Shown piece by piece: positions 47,714-57,206 of a stretch of DNA of 64,000 nt. The notes beneath the pieces were generated by a model. It saw only the letters and a list, made by a program, of their open reading frames with translations. It did no database searches and was not told where the DNA came from. A program made the translations under genes and the position numbers. Origin of the DNA: Chlorobiota bacterium (GTDB lineage Bacteria > Bacteroidota > Ignavibacteria > Kapaibacteriales > UBA2268); NCBI GenBank assembly GCA_034670025.1, contig JAXMOE010000003.1:16708-80707 (forward strand), read 5' to 3'. Numbering within the stretch: position 1 is the stretch's first letter; every line of letters begins with the position of its first letter.

Positions 47714-50086
47714 ATGAAATATTCAACACTAATCATAATAATCTTTGCTTTAGGTGGAACTCTTTCTAATGGCTCTATACTAACTAAAAGTGATATAGAA
47801 CTGAAAGTCGGTAGCAATCCCGTTAGTATATTGGAAAACACAGAAAATGGTGTAATCAGTATTTTCTGTGCTGGTGTTGATGCCAACAAAAACAAAATTA
47901 TTGATGAAGGCGAAGAGCAGCCCAGTTGGTGGAAATACAACCCGAATGAGGGTGAGCCCGAAAAAGTGATGGACTTTGATAGATTCTTTGTTGAGCCGTT
48001 CAAACCCAGCTTTAATATTTTTAATGATAACCCAACATTTTATATCCCGTTAGCCGGCAAATCGGAAAATGACAATTTCACAGAAAACGGGATTCTAAAA
48101 ATCATAGTAATAGAGTCGGATCAAATTTCAGAAATAGATAGTGAAGTTTCTAATGGTGAGACCCTGCACGCTGGATCATATCTAGGCAACACCGTCAGTG
48201 TATTAAGGAAGAATGGCAAAGATTCTATAAAAATAAAGAACGAGAAAACAAATCTACTGTCATCTTTTGAAATAGATGGAGACATATTAAGTTTTGAAAC
48301 ATTTGCCAAAGATGATTATGTCTATTTAGCACCACTCTATTCTGATGGAGATTCTTCTCAATTTGATATAATTAGAATTGATGAAGAAGGCAATTACGAA
48401 CTAATAATTGAAGGACAAAAAACTTGGTCGGCTGCTAATTCAAGTGCTAATTATAGCTCCTATAATGATAAACTATTCTTATTATCAGAAAATTCAGAAT
48501 ATGCAACCTTTTACTCGTATAATGAAGAACAAGGAGCAATGAAAGTAAGAGTTTCGGTTTCCGAAAACGGCAAGGATAATTATATAGCTGGTATTTCAGA
48601 TGATATTCAAGTTAGAAGCAAAGATACAAAAGATATTTTTGTTACAAACTTAGAATATGGAGATATCAAAAGAGTCCATGAAATGCATAGGGCAGCTTTC
48701 GAAGTTGCATATATGAAAAGAGTTGGTGACTATTTCTATTGTGCAAACGCCGAGAACAATGATTGGGGCTATGGCAAAGTGGCAGTTTATAATATAACAG
48801 ATAAGGAACGCAGAGACTCATCATTAATTAATCAAGCATTTGTTGAATATAATCCCGTTGGTTTATTTGATTTAGGGATTCATCCTCGACAAGCAACTTA
48901 TACTGTTAGTCAAGGAATAGACTACAATGGGAATGGAGTTTTTGAAGAAAGTGATGGAGATATTCCAACAACAATATCAACCCATTCTTTGGGCCCTAGC
49001 TTAGAAGGGGGAGATATCCCACATAGATTCGATTTCCCGTTGAATATCCCACTAAAAAGTAATATGACTCGATTAGATTACACTGCCACGGATGGTAGAA
49101 TATATCTTCCTTCAGGAAATTTCATATATGCTTTCAACACTGCACTTCGAGAAATATCCGATACATTAGTTACTGATATGTATGTTGCTTGTGTTTATGG
49201 TGTACTTGACTATATGGTGATAGGTCAAAGGGATTTGGAAGAAGACAAAAGTTACATCAGAATTATAAAAGAAGATCAGATTGATGTCAAAACTGAAGTT
49301 GGTCATAATGTATTAGATTGTATTATATACCAAAATGAATCGGGCTTTGGCGTTGTCTCTATTTCGGAAGGAACATTTGGAGAATCAGATTCTAAACTAA
49401 ATATTATAAAATTAAGCACTCAAGGCATATCGGACAATACCGTTTTGGATATTGGTAGTGGAGCAGCTTCAATTGTTGCAAATCAAGACCAAACTAAGGC
49501 CGCAATAGTAATGCACGGAAGCCACGAAGTACACATCCTCAATCTGTTAACAGGAGAAATTAGCACTACTATACCTACTGGGACAAGTGGATTGGGTGGC
49601 CCAAGAGATGCAGTGTTCTATAACAATATGCTCTATGTTACTACTTACAGCAATAGAATACTTGTAATAGACTTAACAAAAGGTGAGCAAGTTGGGTATC
49701 TAAATGTAGATGGTGAGACGGAAGCAATCATCACTGAGAATAATTTCATACTTGTTGCAAATTCAAAATATGCCGACAAGGAACCTAACAATAGATTAAT
49801 TGCTTACAACATAGACAATATAACTAATGTAGAGATAACAAAAACCCAGCAAACAATAAGGGTATATCCTCACCCCGTGGTTAATGACTTTAACATTGTT
49901 TCTGATGATATTTCTGGACAATTCGATTTAGTTATTTTTGATGGCCAAGGTAAAGTAATAGCAACCAAAAGCGGACACTCCTCAGGTGCCATAGCTCTGA
50001 ATATAGAAGAATTAGGCCTAACAAATGGAATTTATACAGCAATCATCAATGGCAATAGAACTGTTAGGTTCGTAGTAGGAAAATAA
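47714..50086 (+). CDS. T9SS-secreted beta-propeller (YncE-like) protein
   Basis: Signal peptide; propeller-type blades (VGSNPVSI, GPRDAVF, LYVTTYSNRILVID); C-terminal VYPHPV...GIY...RFVVGK. Confidence 0.75.
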   Translation: MKYSTLIIIIFALGGTLSNGSILTKSDIELKVGSNPVSILENTENGVISIFCAGVDANKNKIIDEGEEQPSWWKYNPNEGEPEKVMDFDRFFVEPFKPSFNIFNDNPTFYIPLAGKSENDNFTENGILKIIVIESDQISEIDSEVSNGETLHAGSYLGNTVSVLRKNGKDSIKIKNEKTNLLSSFEIDGDILSFETFAKDDYVYLAPLYSDGDSSQFDIIRIDEEGNYELIIEGQKTWSAANSSANYSSYNDKLFLLSENSEYATFYSYNEEQGAMKVRVSVSENGKDNYIAGISDDIQVRSKDTKDIFVTNLEYGDIKRVHEMHRAAFEVAYMKRVGDYFYCANAENNDWGYGKVAVYNITDKERRDSSLINQAFVEYNPVGLFDLGIHPRQATYTVSQGIDYNGNGVFEESDGDIPTTISTHSLGPSLEGGDIPHRFDFPLNIPLKSNMTRLDYTATDGRIYLPSGNFIYAFNTALREISDTLVTDMYVACVYGVLDYMVIGQRDLEEDKSYIRIIKEDQIDVKTEVGHNVLDCIIYQNESGFGVVSISEGTFGESDSKLNIIKLSTQGISDNTVLDIGSGAASIVANQDQTKAAIVMHGSHEVHILNLLTGEISTTIPTGTSGLGGPRDAVFYNNMLYVTTYSNRILVIDLTKGEQVGYLNVDGETEAIITENNFILVANSKYADKEPNNRLIAYNIDNITNVEITKTQQTIRVYPHPVVNDFNIVSDDISGQFDLVIFDGQGKVIATKSGHSSGAIALNIEELGLTNGIYTAIINGNRTVRFVVGK

Positions 50087-50160
50087 TATTTATATGTTTA
50101 TTGTTTTACTTCGGCTTTGTTAAAAATTAAATTCATATATTGAGTTTTATAATTTGATAT

Positions 50161-51018
50161 ATGAACAAGCAAATTTTGACAGAAGATAAACGAACAGTAT
50201 CCATTGCTACCGTCAATACTTTTTTTGATGGTATTAGCACAAATAATATGTCTTTCGCTCGTTGGATATGGGTGCATATATTTACATTTCTTCGGCTTAG
50301 ATTCAAAATAAGAAAAGCACAAATAACTCGAAAAGATGACCACCCAATAGAGCATGTAATCAAACACCACAATCCTACTATAATCAATGCCAACGAAGTG
50401 ATTAACGCAAAGTGGGGCAGCGATTCGTTTATGCTGCTGAAAGACAGTGGCTACGAACAGATGGTAGTTGGTGCATCTCCTACTCCTAAGAACAATCTTA
50501 CTCGTTTGAATTTGGTTGCTTGTAGAGCTCCAGGCAAAAGAATAAGAATGGGAATAGAAAACGATAACGGAGGCAGATTCTGTTGCTTTGAGTTAGAAAG
50601 AACTGGCACTCAAATCATTGGTGTGCTCGCTTCTCCTTTCTACCCTACCCCGAGAACAAACCAGATTAAAAAAGTTATAGACTACGGTATAGAACAGATG
50701 AATAATGACAAAAAGGTAATTATTATGGGTGATATGAATTGTGAGTTAGCAGACTTGCCATTCTACGATCTGATAACCGACAACTTCCAAATAGTAACAG
50801 ATGGTACATTCCCCAACCCTGAACTTATGGACGCAATTAACCGTGTTTGGCAACCGTTTAGAGCATTGGCTAAGTATGTGTTATCAATCAGTAAAGGGCA
50901 TCAGAAATTAGACTACATTCTACTACCGAAGTCAGTCAAAATATATGCTACCCACACTGTTACTACTGCATCGGATCACCAAAGTATAGTCGTAGAAGTT
51001 GACCCAGATGAGTTGTAA
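50161..51018 (+). CDS. Endonuclease/exonuclease/phosphatase-family protein
   Basis: IATVN, ANEV, IIMGDMN, KLDYIL, ASDH. Confidence 0.85.
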   Translation: MNKQILTEDKRTVSIATVNTFFDGISTNNMSFARWIWVHIFTFLRLRFKIRKAQITRKDDHPIEHVIKHHNPTIINANEVINAKWGSDSFMLLKDSGYEQMVVGASPTPKNNLTRLNLVACRAPGKRIRMGIENDNGGRFCCFELERTGTQIIGVLASPFYPTPRTNQIKKVIDYGIEQMNNDKKVIIMGDMNCELADLPFYDLITDNFQIVTDGTFPNPELMDAINRVWQPFRALAKYVLSISKGHQKLDYILLPKSVKIYATHTVTTASDHQSIVVEVDPDEL

Positions 51019-51035
51019 GCTATACTCATAGATAG

Positions 51036-51578
51036 TTATTTAAGGACAAAACTATCTAATATTGTCTCACCTATTTCGATGTAGTTCTCAAATTCTGAAA
51101 CTTCACAAGTTAAAGTGAGAAAGTACACTTCGGAATCTTTCATCATGTAATACTGCACAAATTTCAGATCCAAGACACCTTGTTTCCCAGTGAACACCAA
51201 CTTATGTATTGACTGCCCATTTCTTTCTATTTTCTCGCTTTGCTCCAACTCCCCATCAGTCATCATTTTAGCAACTTGTTCTTCTGATAGCTTTACAAAC
51301 TCATCAAAAGTAACATCATACGCAGTCATATCCTGGTGCATCATGTTTACATTTTCCATAAAATTGTCAGCTCCATCTTTCAACGGGCTGTAAAGGAAAA
51401 AGCTAGTCCCCATTTTTCCAGATTCATCCAATTCCCAATCGGAAGGATAATCAACTTCATATTCTTCGTTTTCCAAAGTAATCCATCCGTCAGTATCGAC
51501 TTCGGCGGCATTGGAGTCTATATTATTTATTGCTATTAGTAGAGATAGAACAATAAGTGCAAATTGTATTTTTTTCAT
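51036..51578 (-). CDS. Secreted PsbP/DcrB-like protein
   Basis: Signal peptide; VDYPSDW, FMENVN, ILDSF. Confidence 0.7.
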   Translation of the reverse strand: MKKIQFALIVLSLLIAINNIDSNAAEVDTDGWITLENEEYEVDYPSDWELDESGKMGTSFFLYSPLKDGADNFMENVNMMHQDMTAYDVTFDEFVKLSEEQVAKMMTDGELEQSEKIERNGQSIHKLVFTGKQGVLDLKFVQYYMMKDSEVYFLTLTCEVSEFENYIEIGETILDSFVLK

Positions 51579-51656
51579 TTTATTTGGCTTTTGTCATTAA
51601 AATATAATAATTTGTAAATTATAGATTATTCTCAAATATTCAAAGAAATAATAATT

Positions 51657-52271
51657 ATGCGGCTTATTATATTAATAACTATTACCTTGTTGCCACTTTC
51701 TCTGCTATCAAAACCAGATTTCATAGGTAGTTTTGATTTAGTTTCGGAGCAGACTTATAAAAATGGGAATGTAAGGCACGACACACTCAAATACTCTTTT
51801 GCTGAGAACAAAACCACTATGATTATATTAGCAAAAGGAAACCCTCGGGAAATGAAAATGATTTTCAACTTCGCCGATTCTACTATCAAAACAGAGTTCG
51901 TAATGAATGGTAAGCAAGGTGGATACACATTACCTATGGATTTGGAACATTGGCCCGGTATGCCCCGTTCTTACACAATAGAGCAATCGGCTTTGGACAA
52001 GAGCTCCGAAAATAAATTAATAGAAGGTATAGAAACTTATAAAGTAACTGCCAGTTCCAACGATTATGATGCTGAACTTTGGGTGACAGATAAATACAAC
52101 TTATCTATGCTACAAGTGTTAAGTTACCAAAGTGTCGGCAAAGGAAAATCCAAAAAAGAATTGGAATTATTCGAAGAGTTTGAACTTTACAATCTTCCTT
52201 TGCTTATGAAGCTGAAAAGCAAAAAAGGGAAAGCAGATGTAGTTATTAGACTTGTGAATTTTAAAGATTAG
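51657..52271 (+). CDS. Secreted protein, DUF4412-like
   Basis: Signal peptide; KLIEGIETYKV...AELWVT...LPL. Confidence 0.55.
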   Translation: MRLIILITITLLPLSLLSKPDFIGSFDLVSEQTYKNGNVRHDTLKYSFAENKTTMIILAKGNPREMKMIFNFADSTIKTEFVMNGKQGGYTLPMDLEHWPGMPRSYTIEQSALDKSSENKLIEGIETYKVTASSNDYDAELWVTDKYNLSMLQVLSYQSVGKGKSKKELELFEEFELYNLPLLMKLKSKKGKADVVIRLVNFKD

Positions 52272-52325
52272 ACTGTCAACTTCTATTACTTTGTCGAATA
52301 CTATATAATAACAGCAAAGTAAAAA

Positions 52326-52949
52326 TTAATTTATCATTCCAAACATCAATCCTGCCTTTACACCTAGGAATGGTCTATCAGAATTATAAAAATAACTGGG
52401 TTCTATATAAAACCCGAAAAAGTTAATCGGTATAAACTCTATTCTTGGAGAAAAAACTAAGCTTGTTTTACTGTACTTGAAGTAATCATTATCATGACTT
52501 TTATTCTGCAATCTGTATTCATTGTTTGGCTTTTCTACCCAATTAATAGGTTCGCTTATAATTGTATGAGCAGCACCAATATTCATGTGTAATCGTATTG
52601 TTTCTATACTATTTAGATATAATATTTTACCTAAAGTGAGGTGTATATGCGTTAAGTCATCTACAGGTGTGACAAATTGTTCATAAGCATAGTAATCATC
52701 TGGCAAAGAAGAAGCTTTCTTAAACATCCAACTAGCTCCTAATTGCAAGGAGTAACTTTTATCATAAGTGTATGTCCAGTTAATCCCTAGACCCACGTAA
52801 TTGCCAATAATTATTTCAGGTGATACATACACTCCATGTACCGAGGACTCATCATCATCAAAAAAGCCGTCTGAATATGCTTCAAAAGAAGAAAGCAGTA
52901 TTATGCAAAAACTCATAACTGCCATTAGTCCAATTTTTCTATGTATCAT
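52326..52949 (-). CDS. Putative outer-membrane beta-barrel protein
   Basis: Signal peptide, alternating aromatic strands, C-terminal GLMFG. Confidence 0.55.
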   Translation of the reverse strand: MIHRKIGLMAVMSFCIILLSSFEAYSDGFFDDDESSVHGVYVSPEIIIGNYVGLGINWTYTYDKSYSLQLGASWMFKKASSLPDDYYAYEQFVTPVDDLTHIHLTLGKILYLNSIETIRLHMNIGAAHTIISEPINWVEKPNNEYRLQNKSHDNDYFKYSKTSLVFSPRIEFIPINFFGFYIEPSYFYNSDRPFLGVKAGLMFGMIN

Positions 52950-52982
52950 TACAAACCCTCATTTATATTTCAATCCCCACCA

Positions 52983-53025
52983 CTACGGCGACACTATCCG
53001 CATCATTTCTGCTGCTAATATTGCA
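52983..53025. repeat. 43-bp exact copy of the DUF819 gene 3' end
   Basis: CTACGGCGACACTATCCGCATCATTTCTGCTGCTAATATTGCA, identical at 54056-54098. Confidence 0.95.
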
Positions 53026-53039
53026 TAGTAGAAATAAAA

Positions 53040-53993
53040 TTAGACATCATTTTTGTCATAAAACTCTACTTCAAAAGACCAATACCGATTATGATTCGTT
53101 TTAGCTGAAACAACATTAAAAGTATTATAAACATTTATATCTAACCCGACACTTAGATTTATTTTTTCAGTGTGTGATTGACTAGTTAAATTACCATTTA
53201 TTCTTGACTCTATGGTTTGCATAACTGAAGGTAAATCTTGAATAAAATACTTGTTCTTCATAGCTCTTTCTGGGTCAAATACACCCTTGCCAAAAGTCCT
53301 TTTTCGTAGACTAGTTTTGCCCAGTTCATTACTTGCATCTACCCCTTTTACTGAGTCGCTAACCGAAATATCAGATTGAGTATTTGTTATATCGGTAACG
53401 CTAATTGATTTTGCACCCAGTGCTTCATAAGCTCCCATTGTTTCTTGTAAAGTGATTCTTTCAATAAGATCACTATACTTTGACAAGGGTAATAGCATTT
53501 CATTGTTTTTTGGATGTGAAACATATAAACCTTCGTCAAAGTATCCATCATTGATATGTTTATATAGTTTATGAGCTTCCTCTTTTTCTAATATTATTAA
53601 TGATGAACCACTTTTAGATTGCATTAAGTTCTTGAATGGAGCAACATTCTTTTTAATAAACGAAGAGAACAATCCATAAGTAATTTCCTCATATTCATCA
53701 TAGTCATCATTGAGAAATTTGTTATCTATAATGATTCTTTTCTCTTGCGTTTTTAATGGTTGTCTTATTCTGATAGTGTTATCATTTTTAACAATTCCAA
53801 TCATTTTAAATGTTGAATAAGCTAATCCTGTTACTGGGGATGCCCATTTTAAGGCATTAATTATAATATTATTATCTGAATCAGAAAAGTCAGACAAAAA
53901 ATCTTCAAATTCAGTTTCAGATATTTCCCTTCTACCATAAAGACCCGATTTATGTTCGTCTTTTATTTTATTTACTATTCCAAAATATTCCAT
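53040..53993 (-). CDS. Hypothetical protein (AT-rich inserted gene)
   Basis: 317-aa ORF with YVSHP...LLP...EALGAKSISV motif, bracketed by the 43-bp repeats. Confidence 0.75.
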   Translation of the reverse strand: MEYFGIVNKIKDEHKSGLYGRREISETEFEDFLSDFSDSDNNIIINALKWASPVTGLAYSTFKMIGIVKNDNTIRIRQPLKTQEKRIIIDNKFLNDDYDEYEEITYGLFSSFIKKNVAPFKNLMQSKSGSSLIILEKEEAHKLYKHINDGYFDEGLYVSHPKNNEMLLPLSKYSDLIERITLQETMGAYEALGAKSISVTDITNTQSDISVSDSVKGVDASNELGKTSLRKRTFGKGVFDPERAMKNKYFIQDLPSVMQTIESRINGNLTSQSHTEKINLSVGLDINVYNTFNVVSAKTNHNRYWSFEVEFYDKNDV

Positions 53994-54055
53994 AATAAAT
54001 CCAAATTATTAAACTCTAAATCAATATATAATAATTACCCTCCCCACAACGCAAG

Positions 54056-55297
54056 CTACGGCGACACTATCCGCATCATTTCTGCTGCTAATATTGCACC
54101 ATAAGTACCCAAGGCATAGCCAAGCACAGCGAGCAACACACCAACAGATGCAAGCGATGGGTGGAATGCCGAGGCGACCACTGGAGCGGAAGCCGCACCA
54201 CCTACATTTGCCTTACTACCAACTGCGAGGAAGAAGAAAGGCGATTTGATAATCTTTGCCACAATAAAAAGCAGTATCACGTGGAAGCCCATCCAGATAA
54301 GCCCAACAGCTAATAATCCAGGATTGTCAAACGTCTGTGTTACGTCCATTTTCATACCGATTGTCGCTACCAAAATATAGATAAATACACTACCGATTCT
54401 GCTTGCTCCTGCTCCTTCGTAATTCCTTGCTCTTGTAAATGAGAGTATTAGCCCGATAGTAGTGGCAGTAACTACAAGCCAGAAGAAGTGGCTGTTGAGT
54501 ACCGATTGCTGCAACGCCACCGAACCGAAGTCTGCTATTAAACCTGTAACTATATTCGCCACAAAGTGCGATAGCGAAGTGGCTCCGAACCCAATTCCCA
54601 ATATCACCATAGTATCCGTGAGCGTAGGCATTTTCTCTACTGATAATCTATAGCTCTCCATTCTGTCTTTTAGTCTATCTATCGACGATGAGTCAGCTTT
54701 CAGCCATTTGTCCATAGCGTCACTTCGGCCAGCTCCCCAAAGCAAGAAAGCCATCCAGATATTAGCAACAATTATGTCCACCGCTACCATACCAGCGTAG
54801 AGCGATTGGTTGTACTCATACATTTCCAGCATAGCGGCTTGGTTAGCACCGCCACCTATCCAACTACCAGCTAAGGTAGCAAGCCCACGCCAAACTGCAT
54901 CGCCACCAGCTCCGCCAACCGTTTCGGGTGAGATAACGGAGAGAATAAGCACCGCTATTGGCCCCCCGATAACTATACCAGCAGTGGCTGTAAAAAACAT
55001 AATCAATGCCTTGTTCCCCAATCGGAGTATCCCCTTGAAGTCAATGCTCAAAGTAAGCAGCACCAAACTTGTTGGTAATAAGTAGTCTTTGGCCATAGAG
55101 TAAAGCCCAGAAGTGCCGTCGGAAATAACGCCGAATGTGTTGAATAGCGACGGAATCAGGTAGCACATAAGTAGTGCCGGTATGACTGCGTAGAACTTTT
55201 TCCAATATTTATTTTCAGAGCTCGAGGTGTAGAACACAAACCCAAGTGTCATGGCTAATATTCCGAATACTATCTGGTCTTGCGGGAAAACTGGCAT
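54056..55297 (-). CDS. DUF819-family membrane protein
   Basis: GSWIGGGANQ, GSKANVGGAASAPVVA, multi-TM. Confidence 0.92.
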   Translation of the reverse strand: MPVFPQDQIVFGILAMTLGFVFYTSSSENKYWKKFYAVIPALLMCYLIPSLFNTFGVISDGTSGLYSMAKDYLLPTSLVLLTLSIDFKGILRLGNKALIMFFTATAGIVIGGPIAVLILSVISPETVGGAGGDAVWRGLATLAGSWIGGGANQAAMLEMYEYNQSLYAGMVAVDIIVANIWMAFLLWGAGRSDAMDKWLKADSSSIDRLKDRMESYRLSVEKMPTLTDTMVILGIGFGATSLSHFVANIVTGLIADFGSVALQQSVLNSHFFWLVVTATTIGLILSFTRARNYEGAGASRIGSVFIYILVATIGMKMDVTQTFDNPGLLAVGLIWMGFHVILLFIVAKIIKSPFFFLAVGSKANVGGAASAPVVASAFHPSLASVGVLLAVLGYALGTYGAILAAEMMRIVSP

Positions 55298-55478
55298 ATA
55301 TTATTTCCTAAATTTTTACTTTTCTATATTATAAGCCACTAATATAGGAAAATTTTTGGAAATAGGATTGAATTATGAATATTAGAAATAGAATTTTTTT
55401 TTCTTCATACATACTTACCTCTCCCCTTTTATTCTTATATTGTGAGATTAGAAAAAAGAAAAAAACAAGGAATTAATT

Positions 55479-57206
55479 TTGAAACACATAAAAGAAATCG
55501 CAGACAAAGCTGGAATTAGAGAAGAAGAATTAGAGTTATACGGCAACACCAAAGCCAAAGTAAAATTGGATGTAATAGACCGACTGAAAGACGAGAAAAA
55601 CGGCAAGTATATACTCGTTACTGCAATTACCCCTACTCCGCTGGGGGAGGGTAAAACGACGACACTATTGGGTCTAACTCAGGCGTTTGGTACGGTGCAC
55701 AACAAGAATGTAATCGCATGTATTCGCCAGCCGAGTATGGCACCAACATTCAACATAAAAGGTGGTGGAGCTGGTGGTGGTAAGAGCTTGGCTGTCCCAG
55801 TTGATGAGATAAATCTAGGGCTGACTGGAGATATTCACGCTATTGGTGCTGCACACAACTTAGCTATGGCTGCACTCGACACTCGTATGTGGCACGAAAC
55901 AAGGCAATCGGACGAGGCACTGAAATCGAGGGGAATAGATCGACGATTGGACGTTGACCCAGAGTCTATCATCTGGAACAGAGTGGTAGATGTGTGCGAC
56001 AGGTCGTTGAGGGGTATATCAATTGGCTTGGATGACAACACTGTAAAGGACGGCAGCCCAAACCCAGTTTTCCCCCGCAAAACTAACTACGACCTAACGG
56101 TAGCGAGCGAGCTGATGGCGATTTTGGCACTTGCCACCGACCTAAAAGACTTAAGAGAAAGAATAGGCAAGGCAGTAATTGCGCTTGACAAATCGGGCAA
56201 TCCAGTAACATTAGAAGACCTACGAGTAGCAGGTGCGGTAGCGGCGATATTGGTTGACGCAATAAAGCCAACACTCGTGCAAACAAGTGAAGGGCAACCT
56301 ACATTAGTACACACAGGGCCATTTGCGAACATAGCCCACGGAAATTCATCGATTGTGGCGGACAAGATTGCTCTGAAGCTGGCTGATTATGTAATCACCG
56401 AAGCAGGATTTGCTGCAGATATGGGAATGGAGAAATTCTTCAACATCAAGTGTCGTTACTCTGGCCTGTCGCCAGATGCAGTGGTTATGGTAGCAACTGT
56501 AAGAGCATTGAAGCTGCACGGAGGCGTCCCAGCTGTTCGCCCTGGCAAATTGGACGAAGTTTATACATCTGAGAATTTGGAGCTGTTGGAAAAGGGATTG
56601 GACAATCTTGGGGCACACATTCGCAATGCTAAGAAATATGGCGTAGAGGTGGTTGTGGCAGTCAATCAATTCCCAGAAGACACCGAAGCCGAAATAGAAA
56701 TGATACGCAAATACTCTATGGAAAACGGTGCTCTCGATGCTGTTGGCTCATCGCACTTCTCCGATGGTGGAGCAGGTGCAGGAGACCTTGCCGCAGCTGT
56801 AATCAAAGCCGCCGAGACAAAATCGGAGTTCAATTTCCTATACGATTTGGATGACAGCATAGAGCAGAAGATAAACACAATAGCAACAAAAATGTACGGT
56901 GCAGACGGCGTGGACTTCTCCGACAAAGCGAAAGAGCAGATAGAAAAGTACACCAAACTCGGCTTCGACAAGATACCGATTTGTATGGCAAAAACCCCGC
57001 TCAGCTTAAGCCACGACCCAAGTTTGAAGGGTGTGCCGAGTGGTTTCCGTGTCCCAATAAAAGAGATTCGAGCTAGCGTAGGAGCTGGCTTCCTTTACCC
57101 ACTAACTGGCGATGTCAGCACTATGCCGGGCTTGGCAACTCGCCCATCGTTCATGGATATTGACATCAACACCGAGACTGGTGAGGTTGTGGGGGTTGAG
57201 CATTAG
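55479..57206 (+). CDS. fhs: Formate--tetrahydrofolate ligase
   Basis: TPTPLGEGKTT, IKGGGAGGG, GPFANIAHGNSS, TEAGF, CMAKT, TMPGL. Confidence 0.97.
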   Translation: MKHIKEIADKAGIREEELELYGNTKAKVKLDVIDRLKDEKNGKYILVTAITPTPLGEGKTTTLLGLTQAFGTVHNKNVIACIRQPSMAPTFNIKGGGAGGGKSLAVPVDEINLGLTGDIHAIGAAHNLAMAALDTRMWHETRQSDEALKSRGIDRRLDVDPESIIWNRVVDVCDRSLRGISIGLDDNTVKDGSPNPVFPRKTNYDLTVASELMAILALATDLKDLRERIGKAVIALDKSGNPVTLEDLRVAGAVAAILVDAIKPTLVQTSEGQPTLVHTGPFANIAHGNSSIVADKIALKLADYVITEAGFAADMGMEKFFNIKCRYSGLSPDAVVMVATVRALKLHGGVPAVRPGKLDEVYTSENLELLEKGLDNLGAHIRNAKKYGVEVVVAVNQFPEDTEAEIEMIRKYSMENGALDAVGSSHFSDGGAGAGDLAAAVIKAAETKSEFNFLYDLDDSIEQKINTIATKMYGADGVDFSDKAKEQIEKYTKLGFDKIPICMAKTPLSLSHDPSLKGVPSGFRVPIKEIRASVGAGFLYPLTGDVSTMPGLATRPSFMDIDINTETGEVVGVEH

